A DNA stretch of 56,686 nucleotides from a virus (lineage: Duplodnaviria > Caudoviricetes): positions 1-56,686 of IMG/VR virus record IMGVR_UViG_3300021964_000082. One strand, written 5' to 3'. The position numbers were made by a program, and so were the translations under genes. Positions 29,756-38,886 of this stretch are shown one piece after another (within the stretch, counting starts at the first letter, position 1; every line of letters begins with the position of its first letter). A model generated the notes under the pieces. The model was not told the origin of the DNA and did not search any database. It saw only the letters and a list, made by a program, of their open reading frames with translations.

Positions 29756-30319
29756 ATGGCTTGTAAATGTAATAAATGTAATTCAAATCCTTGCGGATGT
29801 AAAGATCATGGTTTAACTACACCTTGTGCTTATACAGAGTGCGGGGTTGGTAATGAACGTTGTGATGATATTCAATGTACAGAGTGTGTTTCATATTGTG
29901 GATCTACATTTAGAATTGAAACTTCTTCTGGTATACTAAAAGTTGAATCAGGAGAAAGATTAGATCAAATCTTACAAAAGTTTGCTTTAATGATTGCAAA
30001 TGGTATTGATGTGTGTACTGCCGATAATGTACATCATGCTCCGTATAATCTTTATGCAGATAAAATTACAAGTACAACTGTAGATATAGTATGGGATGGT
30101 ATTTCATCATTAAGTGAAAGCTTTAGTGTTTACTATGATACAGTAGATGCACCATCTGGATGGACTCAAGCTAATACTAATGCATTAGCTACTGCAGTTA
30201 ATACATATACTGTAGAAGAGTTAGATCCAGAAACAGAATATAAAATAAAAGTAGTATCAACATTTGGATCTAATACATGTGATTCAGTTGAAATTTTAGT
30301 TACTACTTTAGAAGCATAA
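29756..30319 (+). CDS. Cys-rich FN3-domain protein
   Basis: N-terminal Cys cluster; FN3 motif PYNL...VDIVW...EELDPETEYKIKV. Confidence 0.8.
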   Translation: MACKCNKCNSNPCGCKDHGLTTPCAYTECGVGNERCDDIQCTECVSYCGSTFRIETSSGILKVESGERLDQILQKFALMIANGIDVCTADNVHHAPYNLYADKITSTTVDIVWDGISSLSESFSVYYDTVDAPSGWTQANTNALATAVNTYTVEELDPETEYKIKVVSTFGSNTCDSVEILVTTLEA

Positions 30320-30392
30320 CAACAAGAAGTGGTGGTTTGTTGGTTTTCTACTACTAACGTTGGAGAAGGTCCCTACGGGGGCCTTCTTTTTT
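30320..30392 (+). ncRNA. candidate 3'-UTR structured/antisense RNA
   Basis: Stem AGTGGTGG/CTACTACT (two G-U pairs) with loop TTTGTTGGTTTT, outer CAAC/GTTG pairing, then terminator. Confidence 0.4.
30364..30392 (+). terminator. intrinsic terminator
   Basis: Stem AGAAGGTCCC / GGGGCCTTCT with TACG (UNCG) tetraloop, then T-run. Confidence 0.85.
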
Positions 30393-30408
30393 ATTTAAAA
30401 AATTTTAT

Positions 30409-30416
30409 TAAATTTG
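30409..30416 (+). promoter_or_regulatory. Bacteroidota -7 promoter element
   Basis: TAAATTTG 21 nt upstream of ATG 30438; no clear TTTG at -33. Confidence 0.45.
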
Positions 30417-30437
30417 GTAAACCTTTAATTTTTTATT

Positions 30438-31664
30438 ATGGCTAATCTTAAACAAAGAGTGGCAGAATCTTTAAAATGGAAAAAGAACCCGTCATATTGT
30501 TCTGCAAAACTTGGTATATCTGAAAAAGAGTACTTAAACATCAAACAACAAATTCTTGGAGAAAGAAAAAAAGAAAGAAAGAAACGCAAGTTTTTTAATA
30601 TTGCATCAAAGAGTGCAGAAATAGCAGAAGCCATTGATCTTGACAAAGGAGAAGGTAAAATATCTGGAACATTTGATCATGAACCAAAATCAGCAGAAGA
30701 AATTATAGATTTATTAAAAATTGACACTTCTGTTTGGAAACTCTCTCAATATTGGAATAAGCAAATGGGAGATCATTGGAGAGTGTCTGCTTTAGTTAGT
30801 AGAATTAAAAATTCTGAAGAACAATATCTAAAAGATCTTATAGATAATTGGACACCCAAAAAATTTAAAGTACAAAAAGCTGATACAAAACTTCTTAAAA
30901 AAGATAAACAAGAAGTTTGTGGTATAATGTCATTACAAGATATTCATTTTGGTAAAGAAGGAAATGAAACAATTGACAAAGACTTTGAAGATACATTAAA
31001 AAACTTATTACCTAGAGCTAGTTCTGCTCATTATATAGAGACATTGTATTTTGTTGTAGGAGGTGATTTAATCAACATGGATACCTTTAATGGTACCACA
31101 ACAAGCGGAACCGTATTAGATAACTGTAGCACAGCTACAGAAGCTTATATGCAAGCCTTTGATGCCATGCACTGGGGTATAAACTACATTAAGCAATTCT
31201 GTAACAAACTTGTTGTAGTATATATTCCAGGTAATCATGATAGATTATCATCATTTCATTTAGCTCATGCTTTATCTAAGTCTATAGAAGACAATAACAT
31301 TAGTTGGGATATTGAATACGCAGAAAGAAAAGTACATGTTTGGGGTCAAAACTTTAATGCTTTTGAACATGGTGACGTTCCTGCTAAAAATACACCATTA
31401 GTATACGCAACAGAATATCCTTTGCTTTGGGGTACAACAAGAAATAGAACTCTCTTTACTGGTCATTTTCACGGTAACAAAAAAGTTGAATATATAACTA
31501 CATCTGAAAACACTGGGTTTATTCACAAGACATTACCAAGTCTTTGTAAAACTGATTATTACCATTATCACAACAAGTATGTTGGTAATAGAAGATCTGG
31601 TAAAATAGAACTACAAGATTCTGAAATGGGTAATATATGTGAATTAACTTATCAAGCAAGATAA
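30438..31664 (+). CDS. calcineurin-like metallophosphoesterase with N-terminal HTH-like extension
   Basis: Motifs DIHFG, GGDLINMD, PGNHD, EHGD, TGHFH. Confidence 0.88.
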   Translation: MANLKQRVAESLKWKKNPSYCSAKLGISEKEYLNIKQQILGERKKERKKRKFFNIASKSAEIAEAIDLDKGEGKISGTFDHEPKSAEEIIDLLKIDTSVWKLSQYWNKQMGDHWRVSALVSRIKNSEEQYLKDLIDNWTPKKFKVQKADTKLLKKDKQEVCGIMSLQDIHFGKEGNETIDKDFEDTLKNLLPRASSAHYIETLYFVVGGDLINMDTFNGTTTSGTVLDNCSTATEAYMQAFDAMHWGINYIKQFCNKLVVVYIPGNHDRLSSFHLAHALSKSIEDNNISWDIEYAERKVHVWGQNFNAFEHGDVPAKNTPLVYATEYPLLWGTTRNRTLFTGHFHGNKKVEYITTSENTGFIHKTLPSLCKTDYYHYHNKYVGNRRSGKIELQDSEMGNICELTYQAR

Positions 31665-31666
31665 AG

Positions 31667-31703
31667 AACAGCAACTTAAACTTTTATAAGTGCTGTTTTT
31701 TTT
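31667..31703 (+). terminator. putative intrinsic terminator
   Basis: AACAGCA-a-CTTA / TAAGTGCTGTT stem with one bulge, then T-run. Confidence 0.6.
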
Positions 31704-31718
31704 GTAAATTAATAATGT
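31702..31718 (+). promoter_or_regulatory. putative phage late promoter motif
   Basis: TTGTAAATT-AATAAT-GT, 5 nt before ATG 31724. Confidence 0.5.
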
Positions 31719-31723
31719 AAACT

Positions 31724-32290
31724 ATGATTAGTAATTTCAAAAAGCCTGATCTAAAAGCTCCTAGATATAGGAGAAAAACATTAGGCTTACTGAATAAAGA
31801 AACATTTAAGGAATTTAAAGACAAGAGACCATTATACTCACATATAGATAATAATAAACTAAAAGAGATTATAAAACTATATAACAAAGCATTATGGGAA
31901 GGAGTCATAAAACATAGAGACGGTGTAGAGTTACCAGACTCATTAGGTTATTTGTTTATAGGAACATGCCCTCCAGCAAAGAATGTAAACATAGATTATT
32001 CTAAATCCAATGAATATGGTAAAGTACTAAGAAATAAAAATTGGGATACGGACGGTAATATAGGTAAGATTTTTTATACAAACTGGTCAACTAAATACAG
32101 ATTTAAAAGTAGAGAGCTTTGGTCATTTGTAGCATGTAGAGATTTTAAAAGAACTGTTGCCAAAGAATATCCTCAAAACTGGACAAAATATATTAAGATG
32201 CAGAACAAAATGAAAGTTTCTCATCTATATGATCCTAACTTAGAAAACACAAACAAAACACTAAAGGACTATGATGAATTTGAAACATAA
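31724..32290 (+). CDS. HU/IHF-like protein of the crAss-like tail module
   Basis: Basic; GVELPDSLGYLFI resembles the HU/IHF beta motif; synteny before tail ring genes. Confidence 0.6.
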   Translation: MISNFKKPDLKAPRYRRKTLGLLNKETFKEFKDKRPLYSHIDNNKLKEIIKLYNKALWEGVIKHRDGVELPDSLGYLFIGTCPPAKNVNIDYSKSNEYGKVLRNKNWDTDGNIGKIFYTNWSTKYRFKSRELWSFVACRDFKRTVAKEYPQNWTKYIKMQNKMKVSHLYDPNLENTNKTLKDYDEFET

Positions 32291-32295
32291 ACATC

Positions 32296-32967
32296 ATGAC
32301 AACAATAGGATCAGTAATATCAAGAATCAGGGGTCAAGTAAAAGCAGAGGTTCAAGATGCTTTTGTAACTGATAGATACGTATATAGTTTGATTCAGAAG
32401 TTTGCTCAACTCCTTATTAGGAGACAAGATAATGCAAACAAACTGATGAAGTTTAATGCTATATGGAAGACACTACCTTTCATAGAGCTTATTGAAGTGG
32501 ACAAAGTAGAAGCTGAGTGTACCGGAATAAAATCAGGTTGTACTATTAAAAGATCTAAAAATAAACTTCCAAATATGATGGAAGGTTACTGGGGTCCACT
32601 AATCAGAACAGTAAGCTCAATAGATGGCTCTAGAGAGCTTAAAGCAACTCATCCGGGTACTTACACATCACTTACTAAAACAACATCATTTAGATACAAT
32701 AATCAAAAGTACTTCTGGTACTTGAATGGTTATTTATATTTTCCTGATTTGGAATGGGATGCAGTAAAATTAGAAGGTGTATTTGATGATGATATATCTG
32801 ATTGGTTGTGTGAAAGCAAAGACCAATGTACACCAAGACACGAGCAAGATATTAATATTCCTGAATCTTTATTTGCTGAAATAGAACAACAAGTATTAGG
32901 TATTATGCTTAACACTGTGAGAATACCACCAGAAGATTCTGATAATAAAATAAATGTACATAGATAA
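32296..32967 (+). CDS. putative tail ring/tubular protein
   Basis: 223 aa; YFWYLNGYLYFP and C-terminal IPESLFAEIEQQV; position. Confidence 0.6.
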   Translation: MTTIGSVISRIRGQVKAEVQDAFVTDRYVYSLIQKFAQLLIRRQDNANKLMKFNAIWKTLPFIELIEVDKVEAECTGIKSGCTIKRSKNKLPNMMEGYWGPLIRTVSSIDGSRELKATHPGTYTSLTKTTSFRYNNQKYFWYLNGYLYFPDLEWDAVKLEGVFDDDISDWLCESKDQCTPRHEQDINIPESLFAEIEQQVLGIMLNTVRIPPEDSDNKINVHR

Positions 32968-33848
32968 TGGCTGTTTCACATAAATATAGAACGTTTGATA
33001 GTTTAATGGAAGATGTTTCCATTGATTTTTCTAGTTATGCTTTAGATGGTATGATTGATCCAGCTCAGCTTATTAAAGTAGCCACTAGAGTAAACTATGA
33101 TTTAGGATTGAGAATACACAGAACCAAACAAGTGGTTCTAGATATAGAACATAACAAAGCTAGACTGCCACATGATTTTGCATACTTAAATTATGCATTT
33201 ATTTGTGGAGATTACACAATAGAACAAAAAATGCCTTCAGGTACACATGTAGAAGATGTATCTGTAGATTATGTTCCAGATCCTGGAATGACAGGTCCTT
33301 GTGATGATCCAAAGTGTAATGATGTATGTGTTCTTACTAATTGTGGTGGAGATGTGGAATACAAACTTGTACATAAAACTGGATCTTCTGAATACAGAAG
33401 TTACACAGCTTTTGCTCCTTTACGCATATCTACGGTAAATGATCAAACCTGTGACTGTCCAAATATTAATGTTAGATCATCTATGATTGCAGAAATCAAA
33501 GATGGATTTATAAAAACCAACTTTAAAACTGGTAAAGTATATATAAATTATCAAGGTGCAATGGAAGACAATGATGGTAATTTACTTGTACTTGATCATC
33601 CTTATTGTAATGAATATTATGAGTATGCTCTAAAACAAAGAATTTTAGAGAACATGATATTTGCTGGAGAAAATGTTGCAAATCAACTTGGACTAATAGA
33701 GCAAAGATTAAGAGCATCTAGAAATAATGCTTTATCCTTTGTAAATACTCCAGACTTTGAAGAATTAAGAAAGATGTGGGAAGTGAATAGAAGAGCACAA
33801 TATCACAACTATTACAATATGTTTAAAAGTAGATCTACATTAAGATAA
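32967..33848 (+). CDS. putative tail tubular/ring protein
   Basis: KARLPHDF, IKTNFKTGKVYINY, DNDGNLLVLD motifs; precedes tail stabilisation protein. Confidence 0.65.
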   Translation: MAVSHKYRTFDSLMEDVSIDFSSYALDGMIDPAQLIKVATRVNYDLGLRIHRTKQVVLDIEHNKARLPHDFAYLNYAFICGDYTIEQKMPSGTHVEDVSVDYVPDPGMTGPCDDPKCNDVCVLTNCGGDVEYKLVHKTGSSEYRSYTAFAPLRISTVNDQTCDCPNINVRSSMIAEIKDGFIKTNFKTGKVYINYQGAMEDNDGNLLVLDHPYCNEYYEYALKQRILENMIFAGENVANQLGLIEQRLRASRNNALSFVNTPDFEELRKMWEVNRRAQYHNYYNMFKSRSTLR

Positions 33849-33852
33849 TAAA

Positions 33853-36800
33853 ATGGCAAAGAAAAGAAGATCTCAATCATCAGCCCGTGGAAACACTCAA
33901 CCTACAATGCAAAATACATCTTCAACAGATGTAAGAACATTTTTAAAAGGTTTGGTAAAAGATACTAATGCTTCTTTTCAAGCAAAAGATACATGGTCAC
34001 ATGCGCGTAATGCTATAAACAATTCTGTAGATGGTGATCTTGCCGTTATTGGAAATGAACCAGGAAATATACTTTGTGCACAAGCTCCCTATTCTATTAT
34101 AGGAGCAATACACACTTATGCTGATCAATGGGTTATTTATTCCACTGATGATATAAATTCAGAAATAGGATTATTTGATGATAGCAAATGTGAATATACA
34201 ACTCTTGTAAATGATCCTTGTTTAGGATTTAACAAACTACATCTTATTACAGGTGCGGCAAAAGAAAATTTTGATTGTACTTGGCAAGTATATTGGGATG
34301 ATGGAAACAATCCATCAAGAACAATGAATATCAATGATATTCCTTGGAAAAAAATAGTTGTATCTAATCCTGGAGATGATTGTTTAATATACGAAGACAC
34401 AGATGAATTAGATTGTGAAGAAATTAGACTTGCTCCTTTGCTAGATACTCCATGTGTAGAAATCACAAAATCTGTTAGTGGTGGACAATTAAGAAATGGA
34501 TCTTATCAAGCGTTTATTGCCTATGTTGTAAATGAACAAAGAGTAACTGATTATATTGGGGTTTCTAATATTCAATCTTTATTTGATCATTCAGGTACAT
34601 CAGGTTCTATAACTTTATCAATTACTAATCTTGATAAAGATTTTGAATTTTATGAATTGGTTATTTTATCAAATAATCAAGAGCAACAGGTTGCTAAAAA
34701 AATAGGAATTTATAGTACAGAGCAATCAAGGATTGAAATTGATTATATAGATCAATCTTTGGTTACTGTTCCTTTGCAAATGATACCATTAAGAACACCA
34801 GCTTATGAGAAATCAGAAGCCATGTATGTTGTTAATGATTACTTAATTAGACAAGGTCCTATTGAACAATTTGATTTTAATTACCAACCATTGGCAAATC
34901 AAATTAAATCAAAATGGGTTGTTGCTGAGTATGATGCTAATTATTATTACAACGGTGGTAATAAAACTGGATTTATGCGTGATGAGCAATATGCTTTTTT
35001 TATACGTTGGATATATAATACAGGTGAAAGATCAAGCTCATATCATATACCAGGAAGAGCACCTAAGAGAAATGGTTTAAATCAATTTGGTCAAGTTCTA
35101 GATGAGTTGGGAGCTAATTTTACTGATAATGCACTTACACCGGATGAACAAAATTTCCAAGTGTATAATACAGCAACCAAAGATCCTGGCACATTCAATA
35201 TACCAACTGGAGATGGTGGAACTATTATAGCTAAAGGTGATATGGCTTATTGGCAATCTACAGAAAAATATCCAGCAACAAAACCTGAAATTTGGGATGA
35301 TCTTTGTGGTAAATACATTAGGCATCATAAAATGCCAACAGAGGAAATTACATCTGATTTAGAATTGTATAATTCAACAGAACAAAAAATCAGAATACTT
35401 GGTGTAGAATTTTATAATATAAAACCACCAGTTGATAATGATGGTAATGTGCTTGCAAATATTGTAGGATATGAAATTTTAAGAGGTTCTAGAGAAGGTC
35501 ATAGATCTATTCTTGCAAAAGGTATATTTAGAAATATGAGAGAGTATACCATCCCAGAAGGTGGACAAACTCTTGGTAATGATAAAGGTTTATACCCTAA
35601 CTATCCTTATAATGATTTAAGACCTGATATTTATTTCCATGATGGTGAAGCTAATGATCAACATAGAACCGATGGTTGTGATACATTTACAGAATCTAAA
35701 AATAACTATTCACCATTAGAAGGTTATAAAAAAGATTATTTTACATTTCACTCTCCAGAGTTAATGTTTAGAAGACCTTTTTTGAATGCATATGAAACTA
35801 GAATATATGGTGAACTAGCTGGTGAGTCAATTGGTCATTTTATTAAATCTGAAAATCATCCACAAAATAAATTACTTAGAAATGGTGCTGCAGTATTAGC
35901 TGGTATTGTTGGTGTTGGTTATGCAATAAAACAAGTACAAGGTGTACCACAAAAAGTATATAAAGGTATTGGTTATAATAATCCATTATTTGATCCGTGG
36001 GCTGGACCAGCCGGTGCTTCTTTATCATCTTTAGGTGGAGCAGTATATATTGCTAATGGTACATTAATAGCTGGTGGAGCTGCTATTGGTGGTTTGGTAG
36101 ATGCACTTATTGACGGACTAATAGATACAGCAACAGATATTGGTGATATATATACAGGTGGTGTGTTAAGTGGTGTTCTAGATACTTTAGAAAATGCAGC
36201 AAGCCCTCTTAAAATTGCAACAAGACCGGGTGCATTTGGTGGAGGAGCTGATAATGTTATAACAAAAGAAAGTTCTGATGCTAATTTGCCGTCTTTGATT
36301 AGAGTTGCTCTTGGTGCTGTTATAGCTCAAAAAAATATTGCTATTGGTGCACAAGAGGTTATAGATTTAATGTATAATTTGACAAAAGTAGAAGACTTTG
36401 CTTTTAAACATAACTCACATGGTTTTTATAATGATTTTATAAAAAGATTATCATCTCAATTATACAGAACAAAAAATCTTAATTCCAACTATATAAGTAG
36501 TGGTTTTCAAGAATTTGAAAATCATAAAATTAATAACTTATTTAGACCTATGACTGTAGCTATTGCTACAGAAGAAGAATTAGATAATCCCATAACTTTA
36601 GATAATTCAAGATATGTTATTGGTGGTGATGCTACTAGTGATTTTTTAAATAGATATTTAGAAAATCCAGATGAAGAAAGAACAACAAATATATCTTGTT
36701 TATATGGCGCATTAAAATTTGAATTTGAAAATCAATATGGTCAACTTGATGGTATTAAACAAATTCAAATGAGAGGTTGTATAGAGTTAGTTGATATACA

Positions 36801-38886
36801 AAACAGTACGCAAACATTTGAAACTAAAGCTTTATTTGCTGGTGATACTTATGTCAATAGGTATACTGAAAAGACAATAATGCCAATATTTGCTGATTTT
36901 TTAAATGGACAACCTGATGAATTTACATATGATTACTTGCAACGCGTAAATATCCCATATCCAAGATTTTGGATGGATACAAGAAAGTTTGATACAACTG
37001 CATTGGCCACTGAAATCATAACACTTGGTCTTGCAAATACAGAAAACACAGCTTTACCAAATGATTTATTTTATCTAGATAGAGGAGCTTCAAGCTGCGG
37101 GGATAGACTAAAGGATATGTTTAATGGCAATGATCCTAATCCGGCATTTGCAATGAGATATGCTTATATGTATACTCATTGTAATGGTGTACAAGATTTT
37201 TATGTAGAATCAGAATATAATACAGCTCAAAGAGATTGGGATGATGTGGATTCTAAAAGACATTATGATTATATAGAATTTGCAGAAGTTGATAGTTTAT
37301 TCCATGCCGATATTATTAAGGATGGTAACTTTTATAAGTATGATCTGTCACTAAGTGTATCTAAATTTGCAACACAAGTTACTTCTTTTGGTAATATTCA
37401 ACCAAGAGATTATGATCCTTTGATTGCAGAGAATTGTTATATAGAGTATCCAAAGAGATTATTATATTCATTAAGAGCTCAAGAAGAAGCTAAAAAAGAT
37501 TTCTGGAGGGTCTTCCTACCTAATAATTATAAAGACTTTAAAAATAAAGTAACTGTAATAAAACCAATTAATAAAAGCGGTGCATTGGTGCTTTTCCCTT
37601 ATCAGTCACCACAAATGTTCCAAGGGTTGGATCAATTACAAACTGATCTTGGTACTAAGCTTACAGTTGGTGATGGTGGTTTATTTAATCAACCATTCCA
37701 AAACATTGTTAACTCTGACTTATCTAATGAGTATGGTTCATCAGAAAGCGCAAGAGCTATAATAAACACACCTTCTGGATTATTCTTTATATCTCAAGCT
37801 CAAGGTAAGATATTCCATTATACAGGTAAACTAGAGAATATAGCTAATAAAGGAATGAAACAGTGGTTTAATAAGTATTTACCATCTGTTCTTATACGTC
37901 AATATCCTGAGCTTGAACAAAGCAAGCTTTCTGATAATCCTGTTATTGGTATAGGTTGTCAAGCAATCTATGATCCTAACTTTGATATTGTTTACTTTAC
38001 TAAAAAAGACTTTAGAGTAAAAGAAGAAATCAAAGATAAAGTAATATTTGATTCTGATAGATTTTTATACAAACATACTGAAGTTCATAGAGGTGTTGAA
38101 ATAGAAATTGGTGATCCTTTGTATTTTGAAAACGCTTCTTGGACAGTATCATATGATCCTAAAATACAGGCGTGGATTTCATTCCATGATTGGCATCCTG
38201 AATTAATGCTACCAAGTATTAATCACTTTTTTACCACTAAATCAAATAATGATCCAGCTGCTAGAAATATAGGTAGTATTTGGAGACATAATGGAAGATG
38301 TGATTTATATGCTAATTATTATGGTGTTGATTATCCTTGGGAAATAGAAATTACAGAAAACACTGGGGCTAATGTAATGACTTTAAGAAGCATTGAATAT
38401 CAACTTGAATCTTATGTATACAAGGGTAATTTAATAAACGGATGCGCTGATGATAGATGGCATGATCTTGATTATAATTTTGATGAGTCTATAATTTATA
38501 ATTCTGAACAAGTGTCTGGATTATTAAGATTAGAACTTCATCCAAAAGAAGATCCATATGCAATGATTCAATATCCTATTGTAAGTCCAAATGATATAAG
38601 AATATTATACTCTAAAGAAGAACAAAAATATAGATTTAATCAGTTCTATGATATTACAGATGATAGAGGTGAATTTAGTTCTATTCAACGTAATATTTTT
38701 ATTACTCAATTGAATGGTTATATTAGAGACTTAAATAGTGCTAATTTGAATTATAATAAAGAAGAAATTCAACATAAGAAATTTAGACATTATTATAATA
38801 AAGTTTTGTTTAGAAAAAATGTTTCTGGTGATAGAAAAATGCTAATGAAACTTGCAGCCACCAAGTTAAATTTATCCTTTAGATAA
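33853..38886 (+). CDS. tail stabilisation/muzzle protein
   Basis: 1677 aa beta-rich; YWDDGNNPSRTMNI, GSYQAFIAY, WTVSY...WISFHDW motifs; position after ring genes. Confidence 0.75.
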   Translation: MAKKRRSQSSARGNTQPTMQNTSSTDVRTFLKGLVKDTNASFQAKDTWSHARNAINNSVDGDLAVIGNEPGNILCAQAPYSIIGAIHTYADQWVIYSTDDINSEIGLFDDSKCEYTTLVNDPCLGFNKLHLITGAAKENFDCTWQVYWDDGNNPSRTMNINDIPWKKIVVSNPGDDCLIYEDTDELDCEEIRLAPLLDTPCVEITKSVSGGQLRNGSYQAFIAYVVNEQRVTDYIGVSNIQSLFDHSGTSGSITLSITNLDKDFEFYELVILSNNQEQQVAKKIGIYSTEQSRIEIDYIDQSLVTVPLQMIPLRTPAYEKSEAMYVVNDYLIRQGPIEQFDFNYQPLANQIKSKWVVAEYDANYYYNGGNKTGFMRDEQYAFFIRWIYNTGERSSSYHIPGRAPKRNGLNQFGQVLDELGANFTDNALTPDEQNFQVYNTATKDPGTFNIPTGDGGTIIAKGDMAYWQSTEKYPATKPEIWDDLCGKYIRHHKMPTEEITSDLELYNSTEQKIRILGVEFYNIKPPVDNDGNVLANIVGYEILRGSREGHRSILAKGIFRNMREYTIPEGGQTLGNDKGLYPNYPYNDLRPDIYFHDGEANDQHRTDGCDTFTESKNNYSPLEGYKKDYFTFHSPELMFRRPFLNAYETRIYGELAGESIGHFIKSENHPQNKLLRNGAAVLAGIVGVGYAIKQVQGVPQKVYKGIGYNNPLFDPWAGPAGASLSSLGGAVYIANGTLIAGGAAIGGLVDALIDGLIDTATDIGDIYTGGVLSGVLDTLENAASPLKIATRPGAFGGGADNVITKESSDANLPSLIRVALGAVIAQKNIAIGAQEVIDLMYNLTKVEDFAFKHNSHGFYNDFIKRLSSQLYRTKNLNSNYISSGFQEFENHKINNLFRPMTVAIATEEELDNPITLDNSRYVIGGDATSDFLNRYLENPDEERTTNISCLYGALKFEFENQYGQLDGIKQIQMRGCIELVDIQNSTQTFETKALFAGDTYVNRYTEKTIMPIFADFLNGQPDEFTYDYLQRVNIPYPRFWMDTRKFDTTALATEIITLGLANTENTALPNDLFYLDRGASSCGDRLKDMFNGNDPNPAFAMRYAYMYTHCNGVQDFYVESEYNTAQRDWDDVDSKRHYDYIEFAEVDSLFHADIIKDGNFYKYDLSLSVSKFATQVTSFGNIQPRDYDPLIAENCYIEYPKRLLYSLRAQEEAKKDFWRVFLPNNYKDFKNKVTVIKPINKSGALVLFPYQSPQMFQGLDQLQTDLGTKLTVGDGGLFNQPFQNIVNSDLSNEYGSSESARAIINTPSGLFFISQAQGKIFHYTGKLENIANKGMKQWFNKYLPSVLIRQYPELEQSKLSDNPVIGIGCQAIYDPNFDIVYFTKKDFRVKEEIKDKVIFDSDRFLYKHTEVHRGVEIEIGDPLYFENASWTVSYDPKIQAWISFHDWHPELMLPSINHFFTTKSNNDPAARNIGSIWRHNGRCDLYANYYGVDYPWEIEITENTGANVMTLRSIEYQLESYVYKGNLINGCADDRWHDLDYNFDESIIYNSEQVSGLLRLELHPKEDPYAMIQYPIVSPNDIRILYSKEEQKYRFNQFYDITDDRGEFSSIQRNIFITQLNGYIRDLNSANLNYNKEEIQHKKFRHYYNKVLFRKNVSGDRKMLMKLAATKLNLSFR

